Below, in pieces: positions 19,562 through 33,300 of a stretch of 64,000 nt of DNA. The notes under the pieces are model-generated. The model was given only the letters and a program-made list of their open reading frames with translations, was not told the DNA's origin and ran no database searches. Made by a program: the position numbers and the translations under genes. The first letter of the stretch is position 1, and the number at the start of each line of letters is the position of its first letter. The DNA is from Macrostomum lignano (taxonomy: Eukaryota), in NCBI GenBank assembly GCA_002269645.1, contig NIVC01001446.1:186001-250000 (forward strand), read 5' to 3'.

Positions 19562-22500
19562 TCAGCTCCGCATCGCAACAATGGGCGTCAGAGCGCTGGA
19601 GTTGCCAGGCGGGCTGTAGTAGCCGTGCGACATCGCCTTGTGCAGCGCCCGGCCGCTCACGAACATCCCGACGGAGCCGAACAGCAAGCCCATGCCGATG
19701 ATCAGCAGGTCCAGGCCCAGCACGAAGCAGCTCACGCTGTGACGCTTCAACGAGAAATGAAAATAGGCTGGCCAAACAAAGGACAGCATTGTGCCGGTGA
19801 AGCTTCCGATGAGGCCGCACAGCAGGGCGAAGTGCGGCACGGTGATGGCGATGACGTAGGTGAACAGGACCAGCGCGGCCCGGGGCAGCAACGCCCACAG
19901 TTTGAAGTCGCCGGTGCTGTTCCAGCAGCTGGGCAGCGGCCAGCCGGAGAACAGGCTGCTTTCTAGGAAATTCGCGGCCGCAAAGTAGGGCAGCGGATAG
20001 GAGCAGAGCGCCTTCACCACCAGAGCGACGTTCACCGTGACTTTCAGCGGCTCGCTAGCCAGGTTGTTAGTGATGACCTCCTTGGTGTGCTCGGCGAAGG
20101 TCACGAAGCCGATGTAGCCGAACAGGGCCTTGAAGATGGCGGACAGGATGTGGGTCCAGTTCATCATCAGCCCGAAGCGGGACTTGTCCATCAGGTTGCT
20201 CTCCAGGGTTGGCAGGAAGATGTGCGACGTGTAGGAGAAGACAATGATGCCAACGGATATTGGGAAGGTGTTGATGTCCACGTGGAACTGGACCTGTCGG
20301 GACCGATAAAGATGAGATACAAGTTAGAAATGGCAGCAACAAAACGCGAGAGTCAGACGTGCTGTCATCCAGAGCGATGCCCTTTTCCTCTGTAAGGCTA
20401 CAATACGTCGCAATCGTGTCAAAAATCACCCTAATCTTGGTGCATAGTTACCTGGCCGTTTAGGACCGCCTGACCCACGTCCAACTGCAAACTGCTCCCA
20501 TGGAAACTTTTTCTCCACTTCTCCAGCACTGCACCATCTGTTGAACACCACGGCGGTCTTTTACACGAAAATCTCAGAAATTACCTTTTGAGGCTGCCAG
20601 TGCGCCGCCCTGGTCAGGCAGTACACAATGATGATGCAGTTGATGATGACGTGGGTGACGGTGTTCCAGAAGGAGATCCAGCTGACGTGGCGCAGCGAGG
20701 TCAGGGCTGCGCAGGGCAGCAGACAGAAGAAGCTGACGCTTACCCAGGCGGTGAAGCTGAGCTGGCCCTCCGGGAAGCAGCCCAGCATGAGGTCGCCGCA
20801 CAGCACCAGGTAGAGAATGCAGGTCATGAGGGCTTCCGTAATGGCGGCCGCGTTCACCACCATGCCGCCTAGGCGGGAGCGGAACACGAACTCGGCGATC
20901 TCGCGGTAGCTGGCCCGGACTCGAACCCCGTCCTCGTACAGGCAGGTGATGAGAACGCGACCAGTGTAGCAGCAGATGAAGGCTACGATGACAACAAAGA
21001 TCACCGACCAGTAGCCTCCGTGCAGCACCGCGTAGGGCAGGCTGACTAGGAACATGCCCTGAAAACATGCGGGTGCGAGTGCGGTAAGGATACTGAAGTG
21101 ACGCGGAAAGGCTACTGAACTGACGCGGAAAGGCTACTGAACTGACGCGGAAAGGCTACTGAACTGACGCGGAAAGGCTACTGAACTGACGCGGAAAGGC
21201 TACTGAACTGACGCGGAAAGGCTACTGAACTGACGCGGAAAGGCTACTGAACTGACGCGGAAAGGCTACTGAACTGACGCGGAAAGGCTACTGAACTGAC
21301 GCGGAAAGGCTACTGAACTGACGCGGAAAGGCTACTGAACTGACGCGGAAAGGCTACTGAACTGACGCGGAAAGGCTACTGAACTGACGCGGAAAGGCTA
21401 CTGAACTGACGCGGAAAGGCTACTGAACTGACGCGGAAAGGCTACTGAAGTGACGCGGAAAGGATGCTATAAAGTGACGCGGAAAGGCTACTGGAAGGAT
21501 ACATAACATAATTATACGAACAGGATACGGAAAGCTTATGCCTATGGAACTGATACAAATTGTTACAAATTAAATGCTTTCTGTTTTGTGTCGAAGAGGA
21601 GAGAAAAACTTTTCAAAGGAGGGAACAAATATTTCAAATTTAATTTGTTCATTGGATGATTTTGTGTATTTTCCTGAACGCTGTCCCAGATTCCGTAACA
21701 CGGTACAGTGTTTTTGCTACACTAATCCTAATGCATTTGCATTCGAGCGGTCTAAACAGTGCAACATTCGAGTGCCCTCTCATTTCGCTGGCCACTGACA
21801 CAGTTAGACTTCGAATTTATCCCCCCATCCACACAACTGCCAGGTGTTGGCTGGCCCGTTCGATACCATGGGAAAATATTATCCCCCCTCTCTTCTGCTA
21901 AATGGGCCACGGATCGATCATGCAGCCGATGCGAGACATCTGATCCCTAGTTCTCCATCAGTCGTCTTGATCAGAATCCCCCCCCCCAGTTAGTTCGAAG
22001 TGAGGAATCAAGACCATCAAGATTCCATCGGACCTCTCCCTCATCACCCGGTCTCTACCCAGCTCAGTCAATCACGGTCCCAGAGCGTCCCTGGCAACAG
22101 ATCCCAGTCGAGGGAATGAAGAGTGGAAAGGGGTGGGTAACGCGCCTCTTGGATTGAGGGTTTTTTGCAGAGGGGCCATTGATCGCAGCTGGCTGTGAAG
22201 AGCAGACATGAGAGATATCTACCTCTGTCTCTGTACCTGGGCTGGGCTGTCCGAGAACCGCATTGATTGTCCACCACCGGCAAGCGTGATGAGAGTTTTG
22301 AGTTCTTCAAGCATTGATGGAGAAGATCAATGCGGGAAAGACGAACGGCCAAATGCGTTGCCCACTCCCTCCCTAAAACCCATGGATCGAGTTTCATTCC
22401 AGAATGAGACAAGTATCGGCGTGGCTCAGTGCCCGAGACGGCAAGACCAGTTGCAGTGAGGCGTGCCTGATCTGTTGCGAATGCCAGCGTATTTTGCGCG

Positions 22501-24157
22501 CAATTCCATCAGAGAGCTGCATGAGCTCCGCTGCAGACGGACTGCCAAGCAGTGCGGGTGTGTAAGCATGTCGCTGGGACACCGCATGAATTATGCACCT
22601 TGGCCCGTGTCCTGCTCCCACTTTCGCAGATTCGTCAACCGTGAAAGGGATGAATGATCCTCTCTCAACCGCCTGGCTGAGAGATTCTGTTGGTGGCCAA
22701 TAACATCTAGTTCTCTCTGTTATCCCACTTTGAGCTCTTCAGACACTGCGCTCCTAATTAACGGCGTGAGTTGTGCATTTTCTCAAGACCAATGATTTCT
22801 TTAATGGACCATTAATCCCGGACTTTTAAAATTCAAAACTAATAAAAATCTCCCTTCCACGAGATCATTCACCGAGCACAAGACCGTCCGTTAAAGTTTA
22901 ACACAAGGAAAATAAAATCAGGTAGATTTTAAATCCCGCAATATTGGCCTTAATCGGATTGCCAAGACTTGACTGCCGTGCATTTGATCCACAGCCGACC
23001 CTAACCGTAGCCTAAATCTCGGCAGTCAGTTGGTTGGCGGTCAAATGGTTGGGCGGGTCAAATGGTTGGCGGGTCAAATGATTGGCGGGTCAAATGGTTG
23101 GCGGGTCAAATGGTTGGCGGGTCAAATGGTTGGCGGGTCAAATGATTGGCGGGTCAAATGATTGGCGGGTCAAACGGTTGGGCGGGTCAAATGGTTGGGC
23201 GGGTCAAATAGTCAGGCGGGTCAAATGGTTGGGCGGGTCAAATGGTTGGGCGGGTCAAATGGTTGGGCGGGTCAAATGGTTGGGCGGGTCAAATGGTTGG
23301 GCGGGTCAAATGGTTGGGCGGGTCAAATAGTTGGGCGGGTCAAATGGTTGCTCGGGTCAAATGGTTGGGCGGGTCAAATGGATGGGGTCAAAATGGGGAC
23401 AGTCAAATGGGGACAGTCAAATGGGGACAGTCAAAATGGGGACAGTCAAATAGTTGGGCGGGTCAAATGGTTGGGCGGGTCAAATGGTTGGGCGGGTCAA
23501 ATGGTTGGGCGGGTCAAATGGATGGGGTCAAAATGGGGACAGTCAAATGGGGACAGTCAAAATGGGGACAGTCAAATGGGGACAGTCAAATGGGGACAGT
23601 CAAATGGGGACAGTCAAATGGGGACAGTCAAATGGGGACAGTCAAATGGGGACAGTCAAATGGGGACAGTCAAATGGGGACAGTCAAATGGGGACAGTCA
23701 AATGGTGACATCATTGAGACAATAAATGTTCGGCTCTCTTTTTATGCTCGGCCAACTTTAAACTTGGCTTAAGGCTGAGATGACTCATATAGACCTGAAT
23801 AGCGTTAGTGACATTCCAGGCCGCCTGCCAGGCCGTAATCTGGTCCCGGCAGCGAGCTCGGTTGCCTGTAGCAGCAGCTCCTGCCTCGCCGGCCTCCGCA
23901 GCCTCGCCTCCGCCGCCGTCTCCGATGCCATTTCGAGCGCCGCAGTCCGCACTGTATGCAGCATCATCGTCTGCTTCCTCTACAAAGCGATGAAATCCGT
24001 GCTGCACCTGACCGCCGCCTCCACCGCCGACGCTGCCGCCGATTCCACCGCTGCCGTCGGCGCCAACGCCTCCATCGTCGTTGGAGCGCCTGTTGAGCAG
24101 CTGCCTGAGACTCGGCTGCGGCAGGTTGTGCGTGCTGTACGGAGCCTGGCTGCGCAT
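19562..24157 (-). CDS. SLC32A1: Vesicular GABA/inhibitory amino acid transporter (VGAT/VIAAT, unc-47), 3 exons, ~522 aa
   Basis: Exons 24157-23795, 21058-20585, 20293-19562 all phase 0; ITAWQAAWNVTNAIQ|GMFLVSLPYAVLHGGYW, FPISVGIIVFSYTSHIFLPTLE, KALCSYPLPYFAA. Confidence 0.95.
21095..21495. repeat. 22-mer array (ACTGAACTGACGCGGAAAGGCT), VGAT intron 1, acceptor end
   Basis: direct periodicity. Confidence 0.97.
23030..23705. repeat. Compound 17-mer (GGTTGGGCGGGTCAAAT) / 14-mer (GGGGACAGTCAAAT) array, VGAT intron 1, donor end
   Basis: direct periodicity. Confidence 0.96.
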
Positions 24158-24914
24158 GTTGTGAGAGCTGATCAGGCCTGCAGTTTCACTCAGTGAGACT
24201 TGCTGCTCCTCCTAGCAACCAAATTCATATTGCAGTTCCCGAGATTTATAGAGCTCTTCGCCCATGCTCAAGCCCAGGTGAGAGGTGCTTCGCGGGGGTG
24301 CTCACAGAATGCTCAGCCTCTCTTCAGCTCGGAGCCAATGGGGTGAATTTGAACTAAAGCAATAACTACAGCTAAACTTAGGTGATCCCGCAGCTGCCAC
24401 CAGATCCTGATGTTTTAGATCCCCCTGGGCCAGCCCCGCAGCTCAGATGAGACGCTTTGGAGTTTTAATCCTACTTTCGTTTCTGCAGCATCGCTCTGAG
24501 CTGCCACTTCGAGGCCTGGCATATTCCTCGGAGCCAAGTCGATAAGCCGCCTGGTGCACGGCTAAAGCATCTGTCTAATCCTTGGGAGCAAAGTTGAGCT
24601 AAGTAACCATTAGGCCTGTTCCGGTAGCGAAAATAAGGCAACGATTTTCTTGTCTCTCGTTGCTATGCAAGTCTATTTTTGTTCAACTACCGAAGCCGGT
24701 CAGAGACCCTGCAACTGAAGTGTTTCGGAACTCACAATTTCAGCATTGGACAGTGCGTTTGAGTTGCTAAAATGGCTTACAATGTGATATTTTTTTCTTA
24801 GTATAACTAACATTTGGGGAGGCATTAAAGAATGGAATAATTTTTTGAATAAACTACATGTAGCTTTTGACTAATTTGTACACTCGCTATTGTTGGTATC
24901 CTAACAATATCCTA

Positions 24915-25208
24915 GGGGGCTGTTGTCTAGTGGTCAGAGCGTCGGACTCACCACTTGAAGGTCGAGGGTTCGATTCCCGACCCACTCAGAACAGTTTGTG
25001 TCCATGAGCAAGACACTCAACTCTGCATTGCTTCAGTTCACCCAGCTGTAAAATGGGTGCCAGCATTAGTTGGGGTAATTGAGGGTGTGTGTGGCGACCC
25101 CCCAGTCCTTGGACTGAAACAGCGCAATAGCTGCGGCTGAGCTGTCGGTTGCACAACTGACCTTTAGGCAGTTGCAATCAATTATTATCATGATTATTAT
25201 TATTATTT
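24915..25208 (+). mobile_element. tRNA-derived CORE-SINE (MIR-like core) with (ATT)n tail
   Basis: A box TGTCTAGTGG, B box GGTTCGATTCC, then TGTGTCCATGAGCAAGACACTCAAC...CTTCAGTTCACCCAGCTGTAAAATGGG, resembling the MIR/CORE consensus recalled from memory; attattat tail. Confidence 0.8.
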
Positions 25209-26200
25209 AACTAATTAGTACGAGCGTATCCCAAGGAAAATGATATTTAAAGCAAAAAAGCATCCGCCCTGAGCGCAAGCTGTCTAGCCTAAGATATCTG
25301 ATACCCTAATGAGCTTTGGCATCAAAGCCTCCTTTTAAGCCATGGCTTAACCCTAACCCTAACCCTTGGCATCTGAGCAGCCCCTTTCTCATGAGCCGCA
25401 GCATCTCAGCAATTCCCACTCTAGGAGCTTACGAGAGAGTATTTATGGAGAATATTGTGGCAGCTATGTGCATTACTTCCTACTAATGCGAGTAGCAATC
25501 CGCAACTCCACGAGCTATTTAAACGGCCTTAGTTTTGCCGAGTTTTGTTCAACCGTAGTTTCTTTTACTGACGGCCCAGGCGCCAGAAACCCGAGGATCG
25601 GAGGCGCGCAGAAGCAGAAATTCCAGACCAAAAAAAGGCTACTGAAAGAGGAAGACCTGAGGGACGGGGGGGGGCAGAACAGGGAGAGAGGGAGCGGAGG
25701 GGAGACCGAAGGAATGGCTGGAATGCCGATTTCATAGGCGGTCACAGCGACGCTGCAACAGCGCCAGGAATTACCTGCATGAGTCACGACGCTGCTACAG
25801 AGTTTTTGCTCTCTAGAACGAATGCGCGCAAGCTATCCGGCAAAAGAGACAGCGATGGACAACGGGGTCATTGGGGGCCAGTAGCGCTATTCAAATGAAC
25901 TCGTTTAACAATGCTCTCTGTCCAAATAGATTTGTGCAAGTTGATTCTGTTCAAAAGTCTAAAAATGTGCATTTTAAAAATTCGTATTCAGGACACAAAT
26001 TTATTATACATCAAGACATGAAACTGTTAGAGGAAGATCTCTTAGAAAATGTACATGTCTTACAGCGCGTGAATTAGTTCCATTGTAGGTGTCATGCAAT
26101 TATCGCATTGGTTAAATACATTGACAATACTGAATGGTAAGATGCTAAAAAATCTACATGACAGCGCAACTGCATTTTTATTAATTGATATTTCTTATTG

Positions 26201-26748
<548 letters not shown>

Positions 26749-26885
26749 AATGCCTTGAAGCAGGTGGAGGGAATATACAAAATGACATCAGAGAATGAGC
26801 TTGGATCTAAACGTCAAGTCAGGGGTGGAAACGCATCGAGTTCAGGAGACATCAGAGAGACGGGAGCGAATTCAGTTTATCAATA

Positions 26886-28827
26886 TCAGCGGTTCTCCCT
26901 GTTAATCCGGCAGCCGTAGCAGAGCAGAGAGATTTGGTCGGAACGGCCTCTCGCCAGCATCGGGTAGCAGCGGCGATGGCTGTCGTTGGTCAGCTGCAGG
27001 CCGCAGTCCTGGGAGTAAGGGGGCGGTAGAACAAGGACCTGCTTAGGACGAAGGAACAAAGACTATTTAGAGGAGAGAAAAGCACCGGTAGGCTAAGGTG
27101 AAAGGTCGCATCGAAGTTGCTCGTACGAGAGCTCAGTAAGAGGCACGAGAATAAAACAAAGACAACAAGCCCAACCTGGCACCGGTAGCACGATGGGTGA
27201 AAATCTTTCCCCATGCTGACAACCCGCAGAACTTCCTGGGCGTCCTCGGTTTCCGGCGTGATGGGCAGCCGGCAGAGGCCGCAGCGGGGCGCGTACACCC
27301 GGTGATAGTCGGGCACGCAGAAGACAGAGCCGACCGAGTCCACGGTGAACGGACGGCCGTCCAGACAGGCCTGGCAGACGGAGCAGCGGAAACAGGCTGG
27401 GTGGAAGGGCCGGCCCAGCGCCTGCAGGATGTGGTCGGTGATCATGTGGCCGCAGGCTGAGCACTTCTCCGCTGCCTGCTGGAAGCCGGTGTACAAGAAA
27501 TCTTGCGCGCAGTAGATTGTCGGTGGGGCGCCCTCCGTTGGCGACGGGACAGCGTAGAAAGTTTGACCTGGAGTGGCCAGGAGATCGCGCTGAACACGAT
27601 CTGTGTACGCTACAGGCAGACTGACACTGAGATAGAAACTTGGACTGTCAGAACCAAGACAGGCAAACACCAGGACAGTCAAACACAAAGACAGTCAAAC
27701 ACAAAGACAGTCAAACACAAAGACAGTCAAACACAAAGACAGGCAAACACAAAGACAGGCAAACACAAAGACAGGCAAACACAAAGACAGGCAAACACAA
27801 AGACAGGCAAACACAAAGACAGGCAAACACAAAGACAGGCAAACACAAAGACAGGCAAACACAAAGACAGGCAAACACAAAGACAGGCAAACACAAAGAC
27901 AGTCAAACACAAAGACAGGCAAACACCAAGAAAGACTAGCGCAAAGACAGACAAACACCAAGACAGTCAAATACCGAGACAGAAAGACAGTTTCTGGCAC
28001 CCAGCCTACCGCTGAGTCGTTACAATAACAACAGACGGACAGACACAAACTAAGCAGACAGCCAGATGGGTAGAGAGATTCCTAGTCTTCTGTTTAGCAA
28101 AACCCAAGTTCAGCCAGGCTGGTAGGCGCACAGGAATTTCACTTTCTTGTCTGCAGCGGCATCGCAGAAGGTCACTCTTCGGTCGCTTTGGAAGGGCTTT
28201 GGTAGGGAGGGGGCTAGATGAGGGAGGAAGAGGGAAGCGCTGGCACTTACAAAAGGCATGGAAGAGGAGAGCGAGGGAGAGTGAAGGGCATGGAGCGAGG
28301 GTAGCGGATCTGAAGCAGGTAAACACGAACGGGATGCCGTCCGGAGAGGGCACGAAGTGGGAGGATGCCTCTGGCGCAGTCTCGGGCCGCACCTTGGGAG
28401 AGTCAGAAGGGAGTCGAGCGCAGTTCGGGTCAATTGGTATGCATTCCAGTTTTGGGAAAAAAAGGACAGATTTGGCTTCGCTGTGGATCTGAAAGCGGCC
28501 GCTTTTACCTGTAAGCTCCCGACCGCAGCAGGAGCAGACGAAGCAGGCCGAATGGTAGATGCTGCCCATTGCCTGACAGGCGTCGGTTGGGCTGGACACC
28601 TCTTTGCCGCACTTGCCGCAGGCTCCTGGGGGGAGTAGTTAGTTTGGCGCACACTTAACTAATGCAATACACACCTGCTAGTCCAACTAAAACCCTCAAG
28701 ATTCCCGCATCTATCTAACTCCGACTTGCCGCCGAACGTTAGCAACCCGAAATCTCTCTCTCTCACCGAACACTCGAGCTACAGGAATCTGTCCAGTTTG
28801 AGCTGGCTGCTGCTGCTGCTGCTGGTT

Positions 28828-28864
<37 letters not shown>

Positions 28865-29382
28865 TGAGCAGAATGAGGCAGCACTGCGTGATTACTGTTG
28901 TACGATGGCGGCGGCGGCGGCGGCGGGCCAGAGCCGCTATCGACGTCTCCAACTGCAGTAGAGTACACCACCTGCTGCTGCTCCTGATGCTGCTCCTGCT
29001 GCAGATTCCGGGGCCTGCTAGGCGCCGTGGCACTGCCAGACGGCTCCGGCATCACGTGATGAATCTGCACGGGCCTGGGGAACTGCATTCGCCTCAGGCC
29101 GGGTGTCTGGCCGCTACCGGCCCCGCCGCCGCCGCCGCCGCTCGACCCGCTCTTGAACAGGCCAGCACCGCCGATGTCGAGCCCGGAGTCCGAGGTTCTC
29201 GACGAGGACACTGACGAGGCTGCGGAATCGAATGACGGCTGCGGTGGCTGCGGAGTTCCCGACAGAGGGTTGGAGTCGAGCAGCAGCTGGTACAAGTAGC
29301 GCTGCTGCTGGTGAGGCTGCTGCTGTTGCCGGCTCCTGCTGCTGTTGCTGTTGCTGTTGAAGCCGCCACCAAATTTCTGCAT
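26886..29382 (-). CDS. WTIP: Ajuba/LIMD1/WTIP-family protein with three C-terminal LIM domains and a Q/P/G-rich pre-LIM region
   Basis: Exons 29382-28767, 28625-28509, 27567-27176, 27008-26886; CQAMGSIYHSACFVC, QDFLYTGFQQAAEKC, ILQALGRPFHPACFRC, LRVVSMGKDFHPSCYRC, DCGLQL..RCYP. The start ATG is uncertain (acceptor-like site just upstream). Symbol is family-level. Confidence 0.88.
27655..27970. repeat. 16-mer array (AAACACAAAGACAGGC), LIM gene intron 2
   Basis: direct periodicity. Confidence 0.95.
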
Positions 29383-31171
29383 CTGGCGCTCGGCTGCAAC
29401 CAACTGGAGCGGCCTTTGCTGCTGGGCTGGGGAGACTAGGATTTTGCTGGCAATTAAGGCGGGATAGGAGGCAGATGCGATAGAGTTATTCTGCTAAAAA
29501 GTGCCTCTGACAGATATATTTTTTCCTTCCAGTTAGTCAACTATAAACTACAACAATCTTTGCGAGATTTTGCAAGGTTTTCAAATTTAAATTTTTAGCT
29601 CATAAAGTCATAAAGAATAGCATGAACAAAACTGATGAGTGGGAATTGATTTAAAAAACTTTTTTTAACTTTTAACTTTTCTAATCAAATAAAATCTAGC
29701 ACTTTATCTGCAATTAAATAAAACTCTGACTTTGTTTTACTTGCCAGTTTTTCAGAAATACAGCATCAACCAAAGAAAAATATGTGTGAAGTAAAATACG
29801 AATTGTATCATTTTAAAAAATCAATTTCAATTAACAACATAAACTTGAACTTGAAATTTTTAATTTTAAAGAATTTAAATTAATGAATAATATGCATATC
29901 TAAATTACACTGCTTTCTGGTCTGTTTTATGGTTGCCCAAATATTAGTATTTTGGCAATATTGACAATTTGCAAATATGTTTTTATCTGAAAAACTATCC
30001 GATCAAGTATACGGAGGGTTACATTCTAAAATTACTTTAAAAATTTTTTAAAAATTTCTGACAATATTATAATTCGTTGGAAACGGAAAACCCAAAACGA
30101 TTAGTAAAGCTTTACTTACTGGAGAAAATCTTTGATCTATTTGAGTAGCAATAAAGAAATTCCTGTTTCACTGATTCTAACTGTAAATATAATCACACGA
30201 CGCGCTTTAGTTAAATGAATTAAATGCGCTACGTTCGTTCGGGATCCCAATTTATAGGGACTCGCGCACTACAGGAGAGAAAATATGAATTTACGGGAAA
30301 AACTTCGCTGCATTTAAACATTTTTGCTATCGACTAATTTGCAGCAAAGAAGATTTCGGCGATGTTCTGAAAAAATAGGGATTCTTGTTGGCTCAATTGA
30401 TTAAAAAGAATGATGAACTATTAAAATGTAAATAGACATAATTTATGGTCACGATACGTACAAATTATACTGGTTTCGAATCTGCCCGAAATGCTCATCA
30501 TTGTTTGCTTTAGGTGCGTTTTATAAACGCAAAGTTTCGCATTTTCGATGGAGCAGAATATTTAACAGCGTCAAAATTTCATCAGCACGAAAGTTTATAA
30601 AAATTTTTATAGTCTCGCTACTTATTTTCACAATCTCGAAAATCTCTAAATCGAATCGAAAAACTCGAATTTCGAAAAAAAAGGTTCAAACTCCTAAGCG
30701 CGCCTGATTTTTTAATTTTGACAATGTGAAATTTCGATCTTATAAAAATTTAAGGTTATTCAGAATTAGTATGACATTTTATTAGAGTGAGTTTTTTAGA
30801 TCCTATCTTTAATTGATTATCAATCTGCTACATGTGTATGTATCTAATTTTCGTTTCTGCACCCATGGCCAAGCAGAAAAAATGTTTTAATTGCAAGTAT
30901 AAGCTAGTTGTAAACTTTCAAAGAAAGACGGTTTGATCACACAAACGCCTCATCAGCTTTTCCGTGTTCCGAGTTGTAGAAAGCCGATATATTGCTACAT
31001 TCGGTAGAGATTTTGATGGAAAGAGGGCGATGGCGTGACCGAATATCTGCCACTCGATACCTTGTTCGATACCCTCGTTTCTGTTGTTGAAGTAGCAAAT
31101 TAAACTTTCTCAAAGCATTGCGTGTGGCTTAACAGTACGAACTATCAAATGGCAATGGGGAGAATTCCACA

Positions 31172-31473
31172 CCCCCTGACATTTTTTCGCTGCGCCGGAA
31201 CAGAGCAACGCAGGCACACGAAATTCGAGAACACGGGCCAACTTTTTGTTGCGCACCTTCTCAAACAAGAATCAAGTTGCCAGCCCTCCGGACCGTCCAG
31301 ATATTCGACGATTCTGCCAGAAGGTCTATCCAGGTCGAATATCTGGACGGTCCGGAGAGCTGGCAACTTGATTCTTGTTTGAGAAGGTGCGCAACAAAAA
31401 GTTGGCCCGTGTTCTCGAATTTCGTGTGCCTGCGTTGCTCTGTTCCGGCGCAGCAAAAAAGTTGTCGGGGGGG
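31172..31473. mobile_element. Foldback/MITE-like element: ~135 bp near-perfect arms (31172-31309, 31334-31473), 24 nt loop
   Basis: Direct reading: gctgcgccggaacagagcaacgcaggcacacgaaattcgagaac...atattcgac, then the reverse complement on the right. Confidence 0.9.
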
Positions 31474-32419
31474 GACCTGTTCAGGTCTACGACATATGAC
31501 CTCTGCAATTTAGCCGAAAATGTTTTTTCTCATTTTGACTGTAATTTTTATTTATATTTTTGACATACAGAGAGAAGATCTTCCTCGAAAAACCCTTCCT
31601 TCGAGTATAGTATAGTCAATATGCACTATTTAAACTATGTGAAAATGTCACTTCCTCAAAAAGTCTCAAATAACATAATAACAGCTAGCATAATCACAGT
31701 TTTAAAGAATGATCGCCCTTGCCGCAGTAAAATAGGTCGATCGAATTGTTGGTCCTAAATTGAAAATCTCCTTCAAGACTTCGTGCTTCGTTCTTGCAAA
31801 GTCCATTGGGCTCGAAATTTGTACTTTTAATTCACAGAAATTCTCGGAAAACTTCTGGAGCAAAATTGTCGAATTTTTTAAACTTAACGAACGATGCGCT
31901 GCAAGTCCAACTAGAAACTTCCGGAAACTTTTTTTATCGTTTATTCAAAAGCTTTTGATCGAAATAATGCTTCAGAAGCTTAGTTGCATTTGTTATAATT
32001 GCATAGATTTTGTTTAAAATACGAGTGCAAAGGTTAATTTTCAACAGCGAATAACGGCGAGTAAAAATTAGAAAAAAAACTACAAAAATATAAACATTAT
32101 TGGTCGCCGGGAGTAGAAAAGCATTTAATAAATATTAACAAAAATATTAATAACAGAGTTAAAATTGTGTGTGCAACACATCTATGATAATGAGAGATTT
32201 ATGTCGAAGGTCAGTGAACTGATCATTGAAAAATTTAATCGCGTGCAAATACAAAATAGTTGGTCAGATTACTCATTTGCTAGTAGTAGGGCGCGCTTCA
32301 GTGTTTTGACATCAAGCTCGATTTTGTCTGACCTTAAACTCAGCCAATCAAAAATTAAGGTCATCGTCTTGCAAACATTGGGTCGTAAAATAAATCTCGT
32401 ATCTCAAGACGAAAATTTA

Positions 32420-32650
32420 GTTGTCACTGCTGCTTGTTGCTTGTTGTTTTTTATTATTTTTGCTTTTATTTGTGTTTTGGTTGTTGTTGTTGTTAATGCT
32501 GTTGTTGTGTTGTCGTGTTGTACATCGTTGTTGTTGATGTTGCTGCGGCAGTTGTTTTTGTTGCTTTTTGATGTTGTTACTGTTGTTTTTGTTTTTGTTG
32601 TTGTTCTGGCTGTTTTTGTTCCTACTGTTTGTTGTTATTCTTTCTGTTGT
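32420..32650. repeat. Degenerate (GTT)n microsatellite
   Basis: low-complexity GTT/TTG run. Confidence 0.85.
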
Positions 32651-33064
32651 AGATGCTAAAGTTACCAAAGCGCTATTATTTAAGCATGGCGGACCCCCAA
32701 AAGTTCCTAGCCCCTATCAGCTCGCATGTTCATATAACTATCTGCGCATCAATAGCAAATACATAATTGTCAATAGCTATTACTGGTCTGCGGGAAACCC
32801 ATGCAGCTTTGTCTACAAAATAATCAGAAAAAATATCAAACATTATGGGGTTAAGAATAAAATAATTGTGCAATTGATCTAAGCGTCAGTACCTGCATAA
32901 CAATTATTACTAAAATCTAACACAGGGTGCAACAATATTGTACACGGCATAATTCTAATGTGAATAGAACAGTTCCAGTTGCTTTGTCTTTTTGTGACTT
33001 TCAACAAGAAATCTGTGCGAAACACTTAAAGAGTGTCACTTTATTATCAATTGAGTGGGGAGAG

Positions 33065-33290
33065 AGCCTCCAGCTTTATCCGCAGCCCTAAGCTTCATCC
33101 ACAGCCTTCAGCTTCATCCACAGCCTTCAGCTTCACCAACACCCCTCAGCTTCACCAACACCCCTCAGCTTCACCAACACCCCTCAGCTTCACCAACACC
33201 CCTCAGCTTCACCAACACCCCTAAGCTTCATCCACAGCCCTCAGCTTCATCCACAGCCCTCAGCTTCATCCGCAGCCCCAGCTGCATCCA
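33065..33290. repeat. 19-mer array (CAGCTTCACCAACACCCCT) just after the GPCR stop
   Basis: direct periodicity. Confidence 0.93.
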
Positions 33291-33300
33291 CCGGCCAATC

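Noticed and set aside
21950-22720. GC-richer unique block in VGAT intron 1 with several short ORFs
   Set aside because: No recognisable domain or termini; may be a TE fragment, but I cannot support a call without a search.
24915-24990. tRNA gene
   Set aside because: Acceptor and anticodon stems pair poorly and the sequence runs into a CORE-like body and tail; it is a SINE head.
25347-25366. (TAACCC)3 interstitial telomeric repeat
   Set aside because: Only about three units; too short to infer telomere healing or fusion.
30864-31060. THAP-like fragments (MAKQKKCFNC; HQLFRVP) beside the foldback
   Set aside because: The pieces are in different frames with stops, and the W and C..HF residues are missing; insufficient evidence.
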